A stretch of 64,000 bases of DNA from an uncultured delta proteobacterium (GTDB taxonomy: Bacteria; Desulfobacterota; BSN033; UBA1163): assembly GCA_963708295.1 (NCBI GenBank), contig CAVPSJ010000004.1:96001-160000 (forward strand). Direction: 5' to 3'. This document shows, one piece after another, positions 43,284 through 52,790 of the stretch; position 1 is the stretch's first letter, and every line of letters begins with the position of its first letter. Below the pieces are notes generated by a model. The model did no database searches, was not told the DNA's origin, and saw only the letters and a program-made list of their open reading frames with translations. Made by a program: the position numbers and the translations under genes.

Positions 43284-45025
43284 CTCGCCTCCTCTTTCAG
43301 AGAAATGGCCCCCCGGGGACATTCGGAAAAGCAAATCCCGCAGCCTTTACAAAAATCATAATCCACCTGATGGGAGAAAATTTCTTCTGTTTTCATGACG
43401 GACGCATCGGGGCAGAAGACATAACAGTTCTCACATCCGTTACAGGTCCCGCAGCTGAAACATCTCTCCGCCTCTCTCAATGCTTTGTCTTCTTCGAAGG
43501 CGGACGTTACCTCTTCAAACCCTTTGATTCTTTTCTTCGCCAGCTCCCTGTGTTCTTCATTTCTTTTTGAGGTTTGAAAGTAGTCTGTATTCAATTCTTC
43601 AAAAGTGACCACATGGGAATTCATCGGTCTCTCTTCAGGATGGAGATGTCTGAAGATCGAGAGTGATGGGCCTTCTCCTATCAGGATTTGGCGGATTGCT
43701 TCCTCCGAATCCTTTCCTTGCAGATAACAATTAATAGCCAAGGCCGCCTTTTTGCCCGAGCCGATGGCATGGGCTACTGTTCGCTGGGTTGAAGTAAGAT
43801 CTCCTCCTGCGAAGATTCCTTTTAAACCTGTGCTTCCATCTCTCTGTGTGAGAATGATCCCGTCCCTATTCTCTATTCCTTTTGGAAGAAAGGAGACCTC
43901 AATCTCCTCTCCGGCTGCAATGATCACGGTATCTACTTCGATCACAAAACTGGAATTGGGGATGGCAACCGGTCTTCTCCGACCACTCTCATCCTTCTCG
44001 CCCAGCTCCATCCGCAGACACTCCAATCGTTTCATGTCGTCCTTTTCTCGGATGCGAATGGGGTTGACCAGATATCTTATCTTGACTCCCTCTTCCATCG
44101 CCTCCACGATCTCATCCTCAAAAGCAGGCATCTCTTCCTTTGAGCGGCGGTAAAGAATGGTCGCCTTCTTTCCCATACGGAGCACCGATCGCGCCGCGTC
44201 AATGGCTGTATTTCCTCCACCGATGATTGCCACCTTATCGCCTAATTTTACTCTATTCCCGAAGTTGATTCTTTTCAGGAAATCAAGGCCACCCAAGGCA
44301 CTCTTTCCCTTCTCGCCTGGAATGTTCAGGCCTCTGCCCCGATAAGCTCCGGTGGCGATAAAGATGGCCTGATAATCCCTCAAGTCATTTCGCCCCAAAT
44401 TTTCTCCGAATGGAATGCCTGTTCGAATCTCGACACCTAATGCCTGAATCTCTGAAATTTCCCTATCCAAGACATCCTTCGGCAACCGGTAGGAGGGAAT
44501 TCCGATTCTCAACATGCCTCCTGCCGAGGGCGAAGATTCAAACACGGTGACTTCATAGTGAAGCTTTGCCAGGTGATAAGCGCAGCTCATCCCGGCAGGT
44601 CCGGATCCGATAATGGCGATCTTTCCCTTCCTCGCTCCCGGTGCCCCTACCGTTTTTTTATTCAGAGTTGAAGCATAATCCGAAACAAACCTCTCCAGCG
44701 CGTGGATGGCAATCGGCTCATCATAGACCCCGCGATTACATTTCGATTCGCAGGGGTGAAAGCAGACCCTGCCGCAAACTCCCGGGAAAGGATTTTCCTC
44801 CTTGATCAAACTCCAGGCCCTTTCAAAATCTCCCTCTGCTGTTCTCTGTATAAATGCGACGATATCATTCCCCACCGGGCAGGCTGCACTGCAGGGCGGT
44901 GTCTTGTCTTCATAAAAAGGACGTTGCGCCCTCCACGCTCCTGTCTTATTCCACTCCATGTTCCCGAACGAAACGGAGATCATCGGCATTTCAGAAGCGC
45001 CTTTGAAATTGAGCAGTTTGGACAT
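43280..45025 (-). CDS. GltD-like FAD/NAD(P) oxidoreductase fused to a delta-type 2x4Fe-4S domain
   Basis: CSAACP, CGRVCFHPCE, GSGPAG, GGGNTAID, RCFSCGTCNGCENC, CKGCGICFSECP. Confidence 0.9.
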   Translation of the reverse strand: MSKLLNFKGASEMPMISVSFGNMEWNKTGAWRAQRPFYEDKTPPCSAACPVGNDIVAFIQRTAEGDFERAWSLIKEENPFPGVCGRVCFHPCESKCNRGVYDEPIAIHALERFVSDYASTLNKKTVGAPGARKGKIAIIGSGPAGMSCAYHLAKLHYEVTVFESSPSAGGMLRIGIPSYRLPKDVLDREISEIQALGVEIRTGIPFGENLGRNDLRDYQAIFIATGAYRGRGLNIPGEKGKSALGGLDFLKRINFGNRVKLGDKVAIIGGGNTAIDAARSVLRMGKKATILYRRSKEEMPAFEDEIVEAMEEGVKIRYLVNPIRIREKDDMKRLECLRMELGEKDESGRRRPVAIPNSSFVIEVDTVIIAAGEEIEVSFLPKGIENRDGIILTQRDGSTGLKGIFAGGDLTSTQRTVAHAIGSGKKAALAINCYLQGKDSEEAIRQILIGEGPSLSIFRHLHPEERPMNSHVVTFEELNTDYFQTSKRNEEHRELAKKRIKGFEEVTSAFEEDKALREAERCFSCGTCNGCENCYVFCPDASVMKTEEIFSHQVDYDFCKGCGICFSECPRGAISLKEEAR

Positions 45026-45069
45026 CTTCTTCCTTTAACTATGAATGGAGTGCTATAGTATCTGTTATA

Positions 45070-45271
45070 AAACTTGAAATCCGAATACCGAGATCGGATG
45101 TTGCTCAATCTGGGTATCTCAACAATTGAACCAAATATTTTCTAACTCATACGATTTTGAGTTTTGTCCTTTGCACATTTGAGTTTGTTTAGAGTTTAGG
45201 GTTTTGGCTTTAGGATTTAACATCTTTGTTTCGGGTCGATCCCTACGGGATGCTTCGCCCGTGCTTCGAAT
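45070..45271. repeat. Degenerate heptamer-rich intergenic element
   Basis: AAATCCGAATACCGA..TTTAGAGTTTAGGGTTTTGGCTTTAGGATTT. Confidence 0.5.
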
Positions 45272-45820
45272 TTAGAGTTTGACTTCATTATAGGCTTCTC
45301 TCGCAGCCTTTACGTTCTCGTCCCTCTTTCCCGGAACCTCTTCACGAATGGCCAATGCGATGGAATCGATTCCCACGAGGCCCGTCGCCTTTGAAAAGGC
45401 TCCTAAAATTGCCGTACTGACGATTGGATTCGTTCGTGAACCTAAGCCATTCTGGATGGCAATCGAGGTGGCGTCGACGGTAGCCGTTCGAAAGCTTTTC
45501 AGATCGCTAAACACCCCAGGAGGTTGGTGGGAATTGATGAGGATCCATCCCTCCTGCTTCAGCCCCGCCGTCACATCGATTGCTCCAATCAGGGTTGGAT
45601 CAAGAACAACAATATGATCGGGTTGATAAATATTGACCCTTAAATTGATGGGCTGCCGATCCACTCTCAGGAAGGCCATGACAGGTGCCCCTCGCCTTTC
45701 AACTCCAAACGCGGGGAAGGACTGGACATAGAGGCTTTCATGGAAAAAGGCGACGGCAAGCACTTTGGATGCCACCACAGCTCCCTGACCACCTCTTCCA
45801 TGAAATCGAATCTCAATCAT
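45272..45820 (-). CDS. porC: 2-oxoacid:ferredoxin oxidoreductase gamma subunit
   Basis: [23 protein letters not shown]. Confidence 0.9.
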
Positions 45821-45832
45821 CGGTCGCAGCCA

Positions 45833-45929
45833 AATGGAGGATTGGATTATTGGAGTAATGGAATGTTAGATTTGCTAATTCAAATCATGATCTTTCTTAC
45901 TCAATACTCCAGTACTCCATTACTCCATT
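45833..45929. repeat. Mirrored octamer array
   Basis: (TGGAGTAA-like)n followed by (TACTCCAN)n. Confidence 0.7.
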
Positions 45930-45959
45930 GATTACTATTTTAACCTGGATTTTGATTCA

Positions 45960-46598
45960 TCAAAAGTCAACTCTCTGCCTCTGCTCTCTCAACGGTTTTA
46001 GATGGCAGGTTTCATTCAATAGCGATAGAATATATTTTCCATCTCTGTGTTGAATAAGGTTGATGGCCGTCGTATCTTGAGTGATCTGCCAGAAATGGGA
46101 GTTGTCTAAGCCCAAAATGCCGCAGATCAGTACTTTGTTGACCACACGGTGCGTAACGAGGACAAGGGTCTTCCCGGGATGGTTTCGGATCACCTGTTCC
46201 ACTGCAGCCATCGCCCTCATTCTGACATCATCCAAACTTTCGCCGCCCGGAAGCCTTACCAGATGGGGCGTTTCCACCCATTGGCGATAGGTCTTATTGT
46301 CACTCTCCCGAATCTCTTGATGCGGACGTCCCTCCCAATTTCCAAAACTCATATCGAGTATTCCTTGGAGTGGCTGAACCTTTAGATTGTGAAGTTCCGC
46401 AACCTTCTCGGCGGTCTGCCACGCCCTGGATAAGGAGCTTGAGAAAACCCCGTGGACCTCCATCCCCTTGAAAAATTGCCCTACCAGCTCTGCTTGCTTC
46501 AGGCCGGTTTCATCAAGGGGAATATCCGTTCTCCCCCGAAAGATCTCTTCTTTGTTCCACGCGGTTTGTCCATGACGGACAAGGTAGATAGAAGTCAT
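45960..46598 (-). CDS. Histidine phosphatase family protein
   Basis: LVRHGQT, GGES, LVTH. Confidence 0.9.
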   Translation of the reverse strand: MTSIYLVRHGQTAWNKEEIFRGRTDIPLDETGLKQAELVGQFFKGMEVHGVFSSSLSRAWQTAEKVAELHNLKVQPLQGILDMSFGNWEGRPHQEIRESDNKTYRQWVETPHLVRLPGGESLDDVRMRAMAAVEQVIRNHPGKTLVLVTHRVVNKVLICGILGLDNSHFWQITQDTTAINLIQHRDGKYILSLLNETCHLKPLREQRQRVDF

Positions 46599-46774
46599 AC
46601 GGCCACATTATCACCCATATGGAACAAATTCTCAAAGAAAAGTTTTTAGTAAAATTTTTCAAAATTCTTCATGACACTACTGGAAGGCAAAGATAGATAA
46701 TGAGTATTTCCTGTAATAGAGTCCTAGCGTGTTTCGTTTTTAATACGATATTTCACATCGAAAGTAACACGCTT

Positions 46775-47629
46775 TCAAATTGGAAGTACCCTCTCTTCTC
46801 CCACCTCCATCGCGTTTAAAATATTTTCTGTTGAACGTATGATTTCTTTCTTGAGATCCTTTTGCGATTGAATAGGAAAAAGCAAGCATTTCATTTTTAG
46901 AAATTCACTGCTGTCCGAGAGGCGTCTCAGTACCCTCTGGACTTCTGAAGGAGATATTTCCCTTAAGTGGGTTAAAGCCCCACGGAACTCTTCTTTCGTA
47001 TATCGCTCGACGATATCGTACTCTCGCAATCGCATGCGGGATTGGAGGTCATCCATCAATGTGACCTCTCCTGACAAGGCAAAGAGGGAAATGCTTCGCA
47101 TTCCACTCTGAATTAAGTCTCGTCTCCGCTCAAATCCCAATCCAAATGTGGTTTTATAGTCCAGCTCGCTTAGCGTCTCTAGATTTCTTAAAAGGACAAT
47201 CTGATTTCCCGCAGATTGAAACCAAGGGAAAGGGATACGTGGATGGGACACTTCGAAATGTTCTCCCCCATCTTTTAGCTTGTGTTTTGCTTCTATCTCC
47301 TGCAATGTATATTCGAATGTCAGGTAGAGATTCTTAGACAAGAATCCAATTTCCATGATTTCTCTATCGCGCTGATAGTCTCGGCGATAATACTGCCTGT
47401 ATTTTCCTTCGAGGAGTTGCTTGGCTCCGCTGATCTTTGTGAGCAGATCCTGAATTTTTTTATAGGTTTGGCGGGTCTCGGTAATGATATCTACTGGAAC
47501 ATTCCTCTCTGCGGTAATCATCAAGCATAGCCCCTGAAATTGGTCCATCGTCTCTCTAAGGTCGAAATGGGTATTCTCCATGATTCGTTCTAAGCCTGCC
47601 GCAATTCCTTGAAAACTTCCTCGCTCCAT
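46775..47629 (-). CDS. Hypothetical protein
   Basis: 284-aa ORF, GGAGG RBS, sigma54 site upstream. Confidence 0.7.
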   Translation of the reverse strand: MERGSFQGIAAGLERIMENTHFDLRETMDQFQGLCLMITAERNVPVDIITETRQTYKKIQDLLTKISGAKQLLEGKYRQYYRRDYQRDREIMEIGFLSKNLYLTFEYTLQEIEAKHKLKDGGEHFEVSHPRIPFPWFQSAGNQIVLLRNLETLSELDYKTTFGLGFERRRDLIQSGMRSISLFALSGEVTLMDDLQSRMRLREYDIVERYTKEEFRGALTHLREISPSEVQRVLRRLSDSSEFLKMKCLLFPIQSQKDLKKEIIRSTENILNAMEVGEERVLPI

Positions 47630-47728
47630 AATCTACCTCCAACTTGGTCTGCTCAGATACACCCGCCACAGCGGGCCCCACCGATTACTCGCCGTTTGGT
47701 TTTGTTCGGACCCTTTTCTTCTATATTG

Positions 47729-47744
47729 AGCAAGAATGATGCCA
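47729..47744 (-). promoter_or_regulatory. Sigma54 promoter
   Basis: TGGCATCATTCTTGCT. Confidence 0.7.
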
Positions 47745-48031
47745 GGTAGTCAAGAACATCTATAACCAGTTGAAAGTTAATATATCTTTAAGAATCATTT
47801 CTGAATCGGGAGACTTGTTTGCATAACAAAATTGGTAATTCCTTTCCTTAAGGATTGTTAGAGAACTGGGTACGGTTGATACAAACGGCCAGATACTTGG
47901 GGGAATTTGCCATTGCTTAATTCTATTTTCCATTTGATAGTCAAAAAAGGTCATCATTCATCAGTCGCTTTAAGATTCCATGTTTTCTAAAAACCAATAA
48001 ACATTAATGTGTTGCATGAATTCATTGCTCT

Positions 48032-48047
48032 TGGCATTGAAATTGCT
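48032..48047 (+). promoter_or_regulatory. Sigma54 promoter
   Basis: TGGCATTGAAATTGCT directly upstream of the riboswitch. Confidence 0.75.
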
Positions 48048-48085
48048 CTATCTCAGATTAAAGAAAAAACTTTAAACCATAGTTA

Positions 48086-48160
48086 ACGATAAAGCCAAAC
48101 CACGAGCAATCGTGGGACGGAAAGCCACGGGTCCCCTGGGGATAGCCGGGTTGCCTAGAT
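48086..48160 (+). ncRNA. Cyclic dinucleotide riboswitch (c-di-GMP-I / GEMM-I)
   Basis: GCCAAACCACGA-GCAA-TCGTGGGACGGAAAGCCACGGGTCCC..GGGATAGCCGGGTTGCC fits the GEMM P2/P3 layout. Confidence 0.9.
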
Positions 48161-48172
48161 AAGGTCAAAGCG

Positions 48173-48219
48173 ACCGGATTACCGTGGCTTCATCAAAGCG
48201 GTAATCCGGTTTTTATTTT
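48173..48219 (+). terminator. Intrinsic terminator (riboswitch expression platform)
   Basis: ACCGGATTACCG..CGGTAATCCGGT followed by TTTTATTTT. Confidence 0.85.
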
Positions 48220-48288
48220 AAGGGATATTCCTTATGAGTGATGATCTAAATGAAAAATTGGTTTCCATATTAGGAAAGGAGGCACAGC

Positions 48289-48585
48289 ATGTTGACTGAG
48301 ATCGATCTGATGCAGTGGATAGAACATTTTGGCCGGTGGAACGTACAAGAACTCGTAGCTCAAAGGCAAGACATGTGGGATGTGATCACTTATCTCAGGG
48401 CGGAGAGGAGCCTTGAATTGGCCAAGGGCATGGCATTTGTGACCTCAGACTCGGTTCGTTTCGAAAGGGAAGAAGCTTTCAAGCCTGTCGCTAAGAGGTC
48501 TGAATTATGTGCAGAAGACCGATTGAAACACAAATCTGGTGATAGAAAGCGGGAGGCCGGAAGAGATAGTGGAAGGATCACTTAA
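48289..48585 (+). CDS. Hypothetical protein, first gene after the riboswitch
   Basis: AAGGAGG RBS plus ATG; 98 aa. Confidence 0.55.
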   Translation: MLTEIDLMQWIEHFGRWNVQELVAQRQDMWDVITYLRAERSLELAKGMAFVTSDSVRFEREEAFKPVAKRSELCAEDRLKHKSGDRKREAGRDSGRIT

Positions 48586-48984
48586 CAACAGAGAGAAAAG
48601 AAGATATCCCCGGATGCTTATTAATTTGCCCCTTGAATATCAGGATATGGGTGACTCCTGTTTACGCGGAGCAATGGTTGTCAATGCAGGCGACGGAGGT
48701 TTTCTTATCGAGTCCACCAGAAACATCCCTGTGGGTACGAGATTAAAAGTCACTCTCCTGTTCTCAAAGGGGTTTGAATTGGATGACTTCAAAGCGGTGG
48801 CCCAGGTTGTACGGAAGGAGCGTTATCGTAAGGAAGACTCGGAAGGAAACCGGTCTGGGAGGGATATCAGTATGGGTTGGAATTTATTCAGGTTTTAGAG
48901 GAGGATCGTTGGAAACTGAACTACCTTCTTGGTGGACGATTTGAATCCGAGGAGCTTCTCACAAATCTATTTTCTCAACTTTAG
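48569..48984 (+). CDS. PilZ-domain protein, frameshifted near the C-terminus
   Basis: EKRRYPR, NAGDGG, YGLEF. Confidence 0.8.
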
Positions 48985-49023
48985 ATGAAGAGGCTTAGAT
49001 GAATCAACTCCTTCAAACAAAGA

Positions 49024-49976
49024 TTGAAAGGTCTCCTGAAGAAAGTCCCGGCGCAAATTGGGTGCTCCATAAACAAGCAGGAACCCACAACCGATTCGTT
49101 CCTTGAATTAATCGTGGATTATCTGTCGAAGCTACCTCCATCCGTTTTGATATCCGTTGGATCTGTAATGGTACTCTTGGTGGGAATCCTTAACCACATG
49201 GCAGGTCCTGAGATTTCTACTACCATATTCTATCTGATCCCCATCGTACTGGTTACCTGGTTTACGAGGAGATCGATTGGATTCATCTTCTCAATCCTCA
49301 GTGCTCTCACGTGGCTGATCGCTGATCTCACATCGGGGACTACTCACCTCAATTCAGACATCCCTTATTGGAACGGCGTTGCACGGTTGGGTTCTTTTTT
49401 TATCCTCACTTTCATTCTCTCGACGTTGAAAAACACCTTAAGCAAGAAAAGGAATATTCCAGAACCGATTTTTTGACCGGCACTCGAAACCGAAGGTACT
49501 TTATCGAACTTCTCAATATGGAGATCAACAGAGCCCGCAGGTATGATCGCCCTTTCACGGTGGTTTGCATTGACCTGGACAATTTCAAGACGGTGAATGA
49601 TTGCTTTGGGCACAGCACCGGAGATATGATCCTGCGTTCAGTCGCACGTACCCTGCAGGAAAACATCCGGGTCACAGATACGTTGGCACGGCTGGGGGGT
49701 GATGAATTTGCCATCCTGTTGCCGGAGACCGGACGGAGCGTGGCGGAAACGATCTTGCGCAAAGTTCGGAAGATCAATCTGGACATCATGCGGAGGCATG
49801 GGTGGCCTGTCACATTGAGCATCGGCGTCGTGACCTTCGCCCGTCCACCTTCCACGGTTGACGAGACGCTACGGAAAGCTGATCAACTCATGTACGCTGC
49901 CAAAAACAGTGGCAAGAACAGCATTCGCTATGAAATTTGTGGAGTGAAGGATTGGCCGGCAATGCCAGCAGCTTAA
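49024..49976 (+). CDS. Membrane-bound diguanylate cyclase, frameshifted
   Basis: N-terminal TM helices; DLDNFKTVND.FGH..GD; RLGGDEF. Confidence 0.9.
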
Positions 49977-50039
49977 CGGTCTTTTCATTGCGTGCTTAGC
50001 CTTAAGGCATTAGAAAAAATCGAAAGGAGTATTCGGTAT

Positions 50040-50262
50040 ATGATCGTTTATAAATTCTATTTGCGTGATCGCAATAAAGGGCGACATATTTCTTGGCGCA
50101 TTACCGGAGAGGAGAAAAAATCCACAAAGGATTACTGATGAATTCATTATTAACTGGGGAAGAACATACTTTGGTAAGTATGCCGAGGGTAAGGATATCT
50201 ATTTCATCAAAACTGTTTTGGAGGAAAGCGAGAAACGACACCCAAACCTCTCTTCACCATAA
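50040..50262 (+). CDS. Small hypothetical protein, frameshifted
   Basis: AAGGAG RBS; MIVYKFY..LGALPERRKNPQRIT. Confidence 0.5.
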
Positions 50263-50314
50263 GATGGCTCAGGGAGAAGATACCAGTAAAAGTAAGCTAA
50301 AAGCAGTGACAATT

Positions 50315-50515
50315 ATGCCAGAAAAGTGTGAATTTCTTGATACGTGTGGATTCTTTCTAAATTTCAGAGGAAATTCGGAGATCGTCGAGCGAGGTTGGAT
50401 CAGGTTGTTCTGCACAAGCCAAGAGAGGTCAGAAAACTGCGAGAGAAAGAAAATAAGAAAACAAACGGGCGAACCACCTCCAGATAATATGACACCAACG
50501 GGCATAATCTTGTGA
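50315..50515 (+). CDS. Small Cys-rich hypothetical protein
   Basis: CEFLDTCGFF..FC..CER..PPDNMTPTG. Confidence 0.55.
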   Translation: MPEKCEFLDTCGFFLNFRGNSEIVERGWIRLFCTSQERSENCERKKIRKQTGEPPPDNMTPTGIIL

Positions 50516-50594
50516 TGCGTGGACGATTTTCTGGGAGAGTGTAAACAGGTGAAATACTAGTGATAGCAAAGTAATTTTTGGAAGCGCAAAAACA

Positions 50595-50942
50595 ATGAAC
50601 ATGATTGAAGAAATAAAGAGAGCTCTGTGGATAGAAATCAGACTCAACTCGAGAGGATTGGAGTATCTTGAAGGAGTCATTAACAAAAAGGATCTTGAAT
50701 TGCTTCATTCTTTATTAAAAAAATATTTAGGCCCAGCAGTTAAGGAATCCGGAAAAGAAGCCTATCTGCCGAAAGAAATTCAGAAAATAGTTGATGCCTT
50801 CGGTGGTTTGCGAAATGACCAATCCTTTTTCTATAGGCAAGAGGATAACATAGTTATATACGCTTCTACTTGGCCCTGGACGTCCAACCCTGACAAGATA
50901 ACGTTAAAGTGTGGTGTAAGAAAATTTGTCTTATCGGGCTAA
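50595..50942 (+). CDS. Hypothetical protein
   Basis: 115-aa ORF; GGLRNDQ..WPW. Confidence 0.65.
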   Translation: MNMIEEIKRALWIEIRLNSRGLEYLEGVINKKDLELLHSLLKKYLGPAVKESGKEAYLPKEIQKIVDAFGGLRNDQSFFYRQEDNIVIYASTWPWTSNPDKITLKCGVRKFVLSG

Positions 50943-51038
50943 CGATCTCTTTGGGGATGGTTCTATCTTAAGTGGACGAGTTGAATTTGAGAAGATTCTC
51001 CCAAGCCTATTTTGGCAACTTCAGGGATTTAGGCGGAG

Positions 51039-51440
51039 ATGGAAAAGGTTAAAGTTGTTGTACGATATAGCTGTGGTAGGATAATCAAGGGTTTCACTCA
51101 GGACTTTTTCCCGACCAAGAAACTTTTTCATCTTACTCCGGCTGATAACCTCTCTGGCAAGCCAATCGAAGTATCTATAGCAGACCTAAAAGCTATTTTC
51201 ATGGTTGGGGATTTCGCTGGGCATCCCCTGTATAAGGAGCGAAAGAAGTATGATCCAGGAGAAAAGCCATCGGGCAAAAAAGTGGAAGTGACTTTTGTAG
51301 ATGGTGAAGTGTTAGTTGGGTCAACCTTGGGCTATGATCCTAAACGACAAGGTTTTTTTATCTCTCCGGCAGATCCCAAGAGCAACAACATAAGGGTATA
51401 TGTAGTCTCCTCTTTTGTAGAAAAGGTCCGCTGTCTATAA
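51039..51440 (+). CDS. Hypothetical protein (DUF6982-like)
   Basis: KVVVRY..IKG, LKAIF, VTFVDGEVLVG, FF..PADPKSNN. Confidence 0.7.
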   Translation: MEKVKVVVRYSCGRIIKGFTQDFFPTKKLFHLTPADNLSGKPIEVSIADLKAIFMVGDFAGHPLYKERKKYDPGEKPSGKKVEVTFVDGEVLVGSTLGYDPKRQGFFISPADPKSNNIRVYVVSSFVEKVRCL

Positions 51441-51577
51441 TTTCACTTCACATGTTTCTGTAATCGATTCCTTAGCAGGTCTTGATTTTAGCTCCTCGCT
51501 CTCTTACTGGAGTCAACAACCCGACTTTTTCATAAGCGTGCTCGATTCCAATCGGTAATCATCGGGCTCGATTTTCC

Positions 51578-51606
51578 TTGACCTACTATTCCCTTCCTTG
51601 TATATT
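51578..51606 (+). promoter_or_regulatory. Candidate sigma70 promoter
   Basis: TTGACC-N17-TATATT. Confidence 0.45.
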
Positions 51607-51828
51607 CAACTCATCCCAAACCAAGTTCTTATCATTTTAACAAAATTTGAATGGGGAGGGCCGTTTTGATCTTCGGCCAGATGGGGAATATCTGTATCTC
51701 GGTGCAAGTACACTACCAAATTTAGGAGCAATGTTGTCCGACTTTGCCACTCCAGCCTAAACGGGCCAAACCCTGGTACAATTAGGAACGAGTTATCTGC
51801 TCATTGCGGGAAGTAGAAGGAAGAGGAA

Positions 51829-52713
51829 ATGGGAAATAAACTTTTTGCTCTATTGACGATTTTAGTTATGGCCGTTTCTTTAATCGTTGGCTGTCAGACT
51901 GTCCCTAAAGAAGCAGAACCAACGACCCTTGAGATCAGCCCGAGGATCGCTGAGGCCCACAACAATCGGGGCGTTGCCTATTACAGCAAAGGCCAATTTG
52001 ACCAGGCCATCGCTGATTACAATAATGCCCTGGAAATCAACCCAAGATTTACTGTGGCCTACTACAATCGGGGCAATGCCTATAGCAGCAAAGGCCAATA
52101 TGACCAGGCCATTGCTGATTACAATAATGCCCTGGAAATCAACCCGAGGTATGCTGAGGCCTACAACAATCGGGGCGTTGCCTATTACAGCAAAGGCCAA
52201 TTTGATCTGTCCATCGCTGATTACAATAATGCCCTGGAGATCAACCCAAGATTTGCTATGGCCTACTACAATCGGGGCATTACCTATTACAGCAAAGGTC
52301 AATTTGACCAGGCCGTCGCTGATTACAACAATGCCCTGGAGATCAACCCGAGGTATGCTGAGGCCTACAACAATCGGGGGAATGCCTATCGCAGCAAAGG
52401 CCAATATGACCAGGCCATCGCTGATTACAATAATGCCCTGGAGATCAACCCGAGGTATGCTGAGGCCTATAACAATCGGGGCATTGCCTATCGCAGCAAA
52501 GGCCAATATGACGAAGCCATCGCTGATTACAACAATGCCCTGGAGATCAACCCGAGGTATGCTATGGCCTACTACAATCGGGGCATTGCCTACTACTTCA
52601 AGAAAGAATATGACAAATCTTTGGAAAATGTTAAAAAGGCACAGGAGTTAGGTTACAAAATTCATCCTAAATTTCTTGAAGACCTTAGTAAGGCTTCGGG
52701 AAGAGAGAGGTGA
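51829..52713 (+). CDS. TPR-repeat lipoprotein
   Basis: IVGC lipobox; seven 34-aa TPRs. Confidence 0.9.
   Translation: MGNKLFALLTILVMAVSLIVGCQTVPKEAEPTTLEISPRIAEAHNNRGVAYYSKGQFDQAIADYNNALEINPRFTVAYYNRGNAYSSKGQYDQAIADYNNALEINPRYAEAYNNRGVAYYSKGQFDLSIADYNNALEINPRFAMAYYNRGITYYSKGQFDQAVADYNNALEINPRYAEAYNNRGNAYRSKGQYDQAIADYNNALEINPRYAEAYNNRGIAYRSKGQYDEAIADYNNALEINPRYAMAYYNRGIAYYFKKEYDKSLENVKKAQELGYKIHPKFLEDLSKASGRER
51930..52590 (+). repeat. Near-identical 102-bp coding tandem repeats
   Basis: Recurring GCTGATTACAAYAATGCCCTGGARATCAACCC units. Confidence 0.9.
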
Positions 52714-52790
52714 AGATTTCGAATAATCATCAATCCAATCAATTCCTCAGAATGAAGATTAGTCGGTGAAGTGCCCAAAACAATGCTTCA

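Noticed and set aside
49368-49976. Possible Hypr GGDEF cGAMP synthase
   Set aside because: Has the canonical Asp in GH..GD, not the Ser signature
51930-52590. Possible CRISPR array or DGR template/variable repeats
   Set aside because: Units are contiguous 102-bp coding TPRs with no spacers, and there is no cas or reverse transcriptase gene in the window
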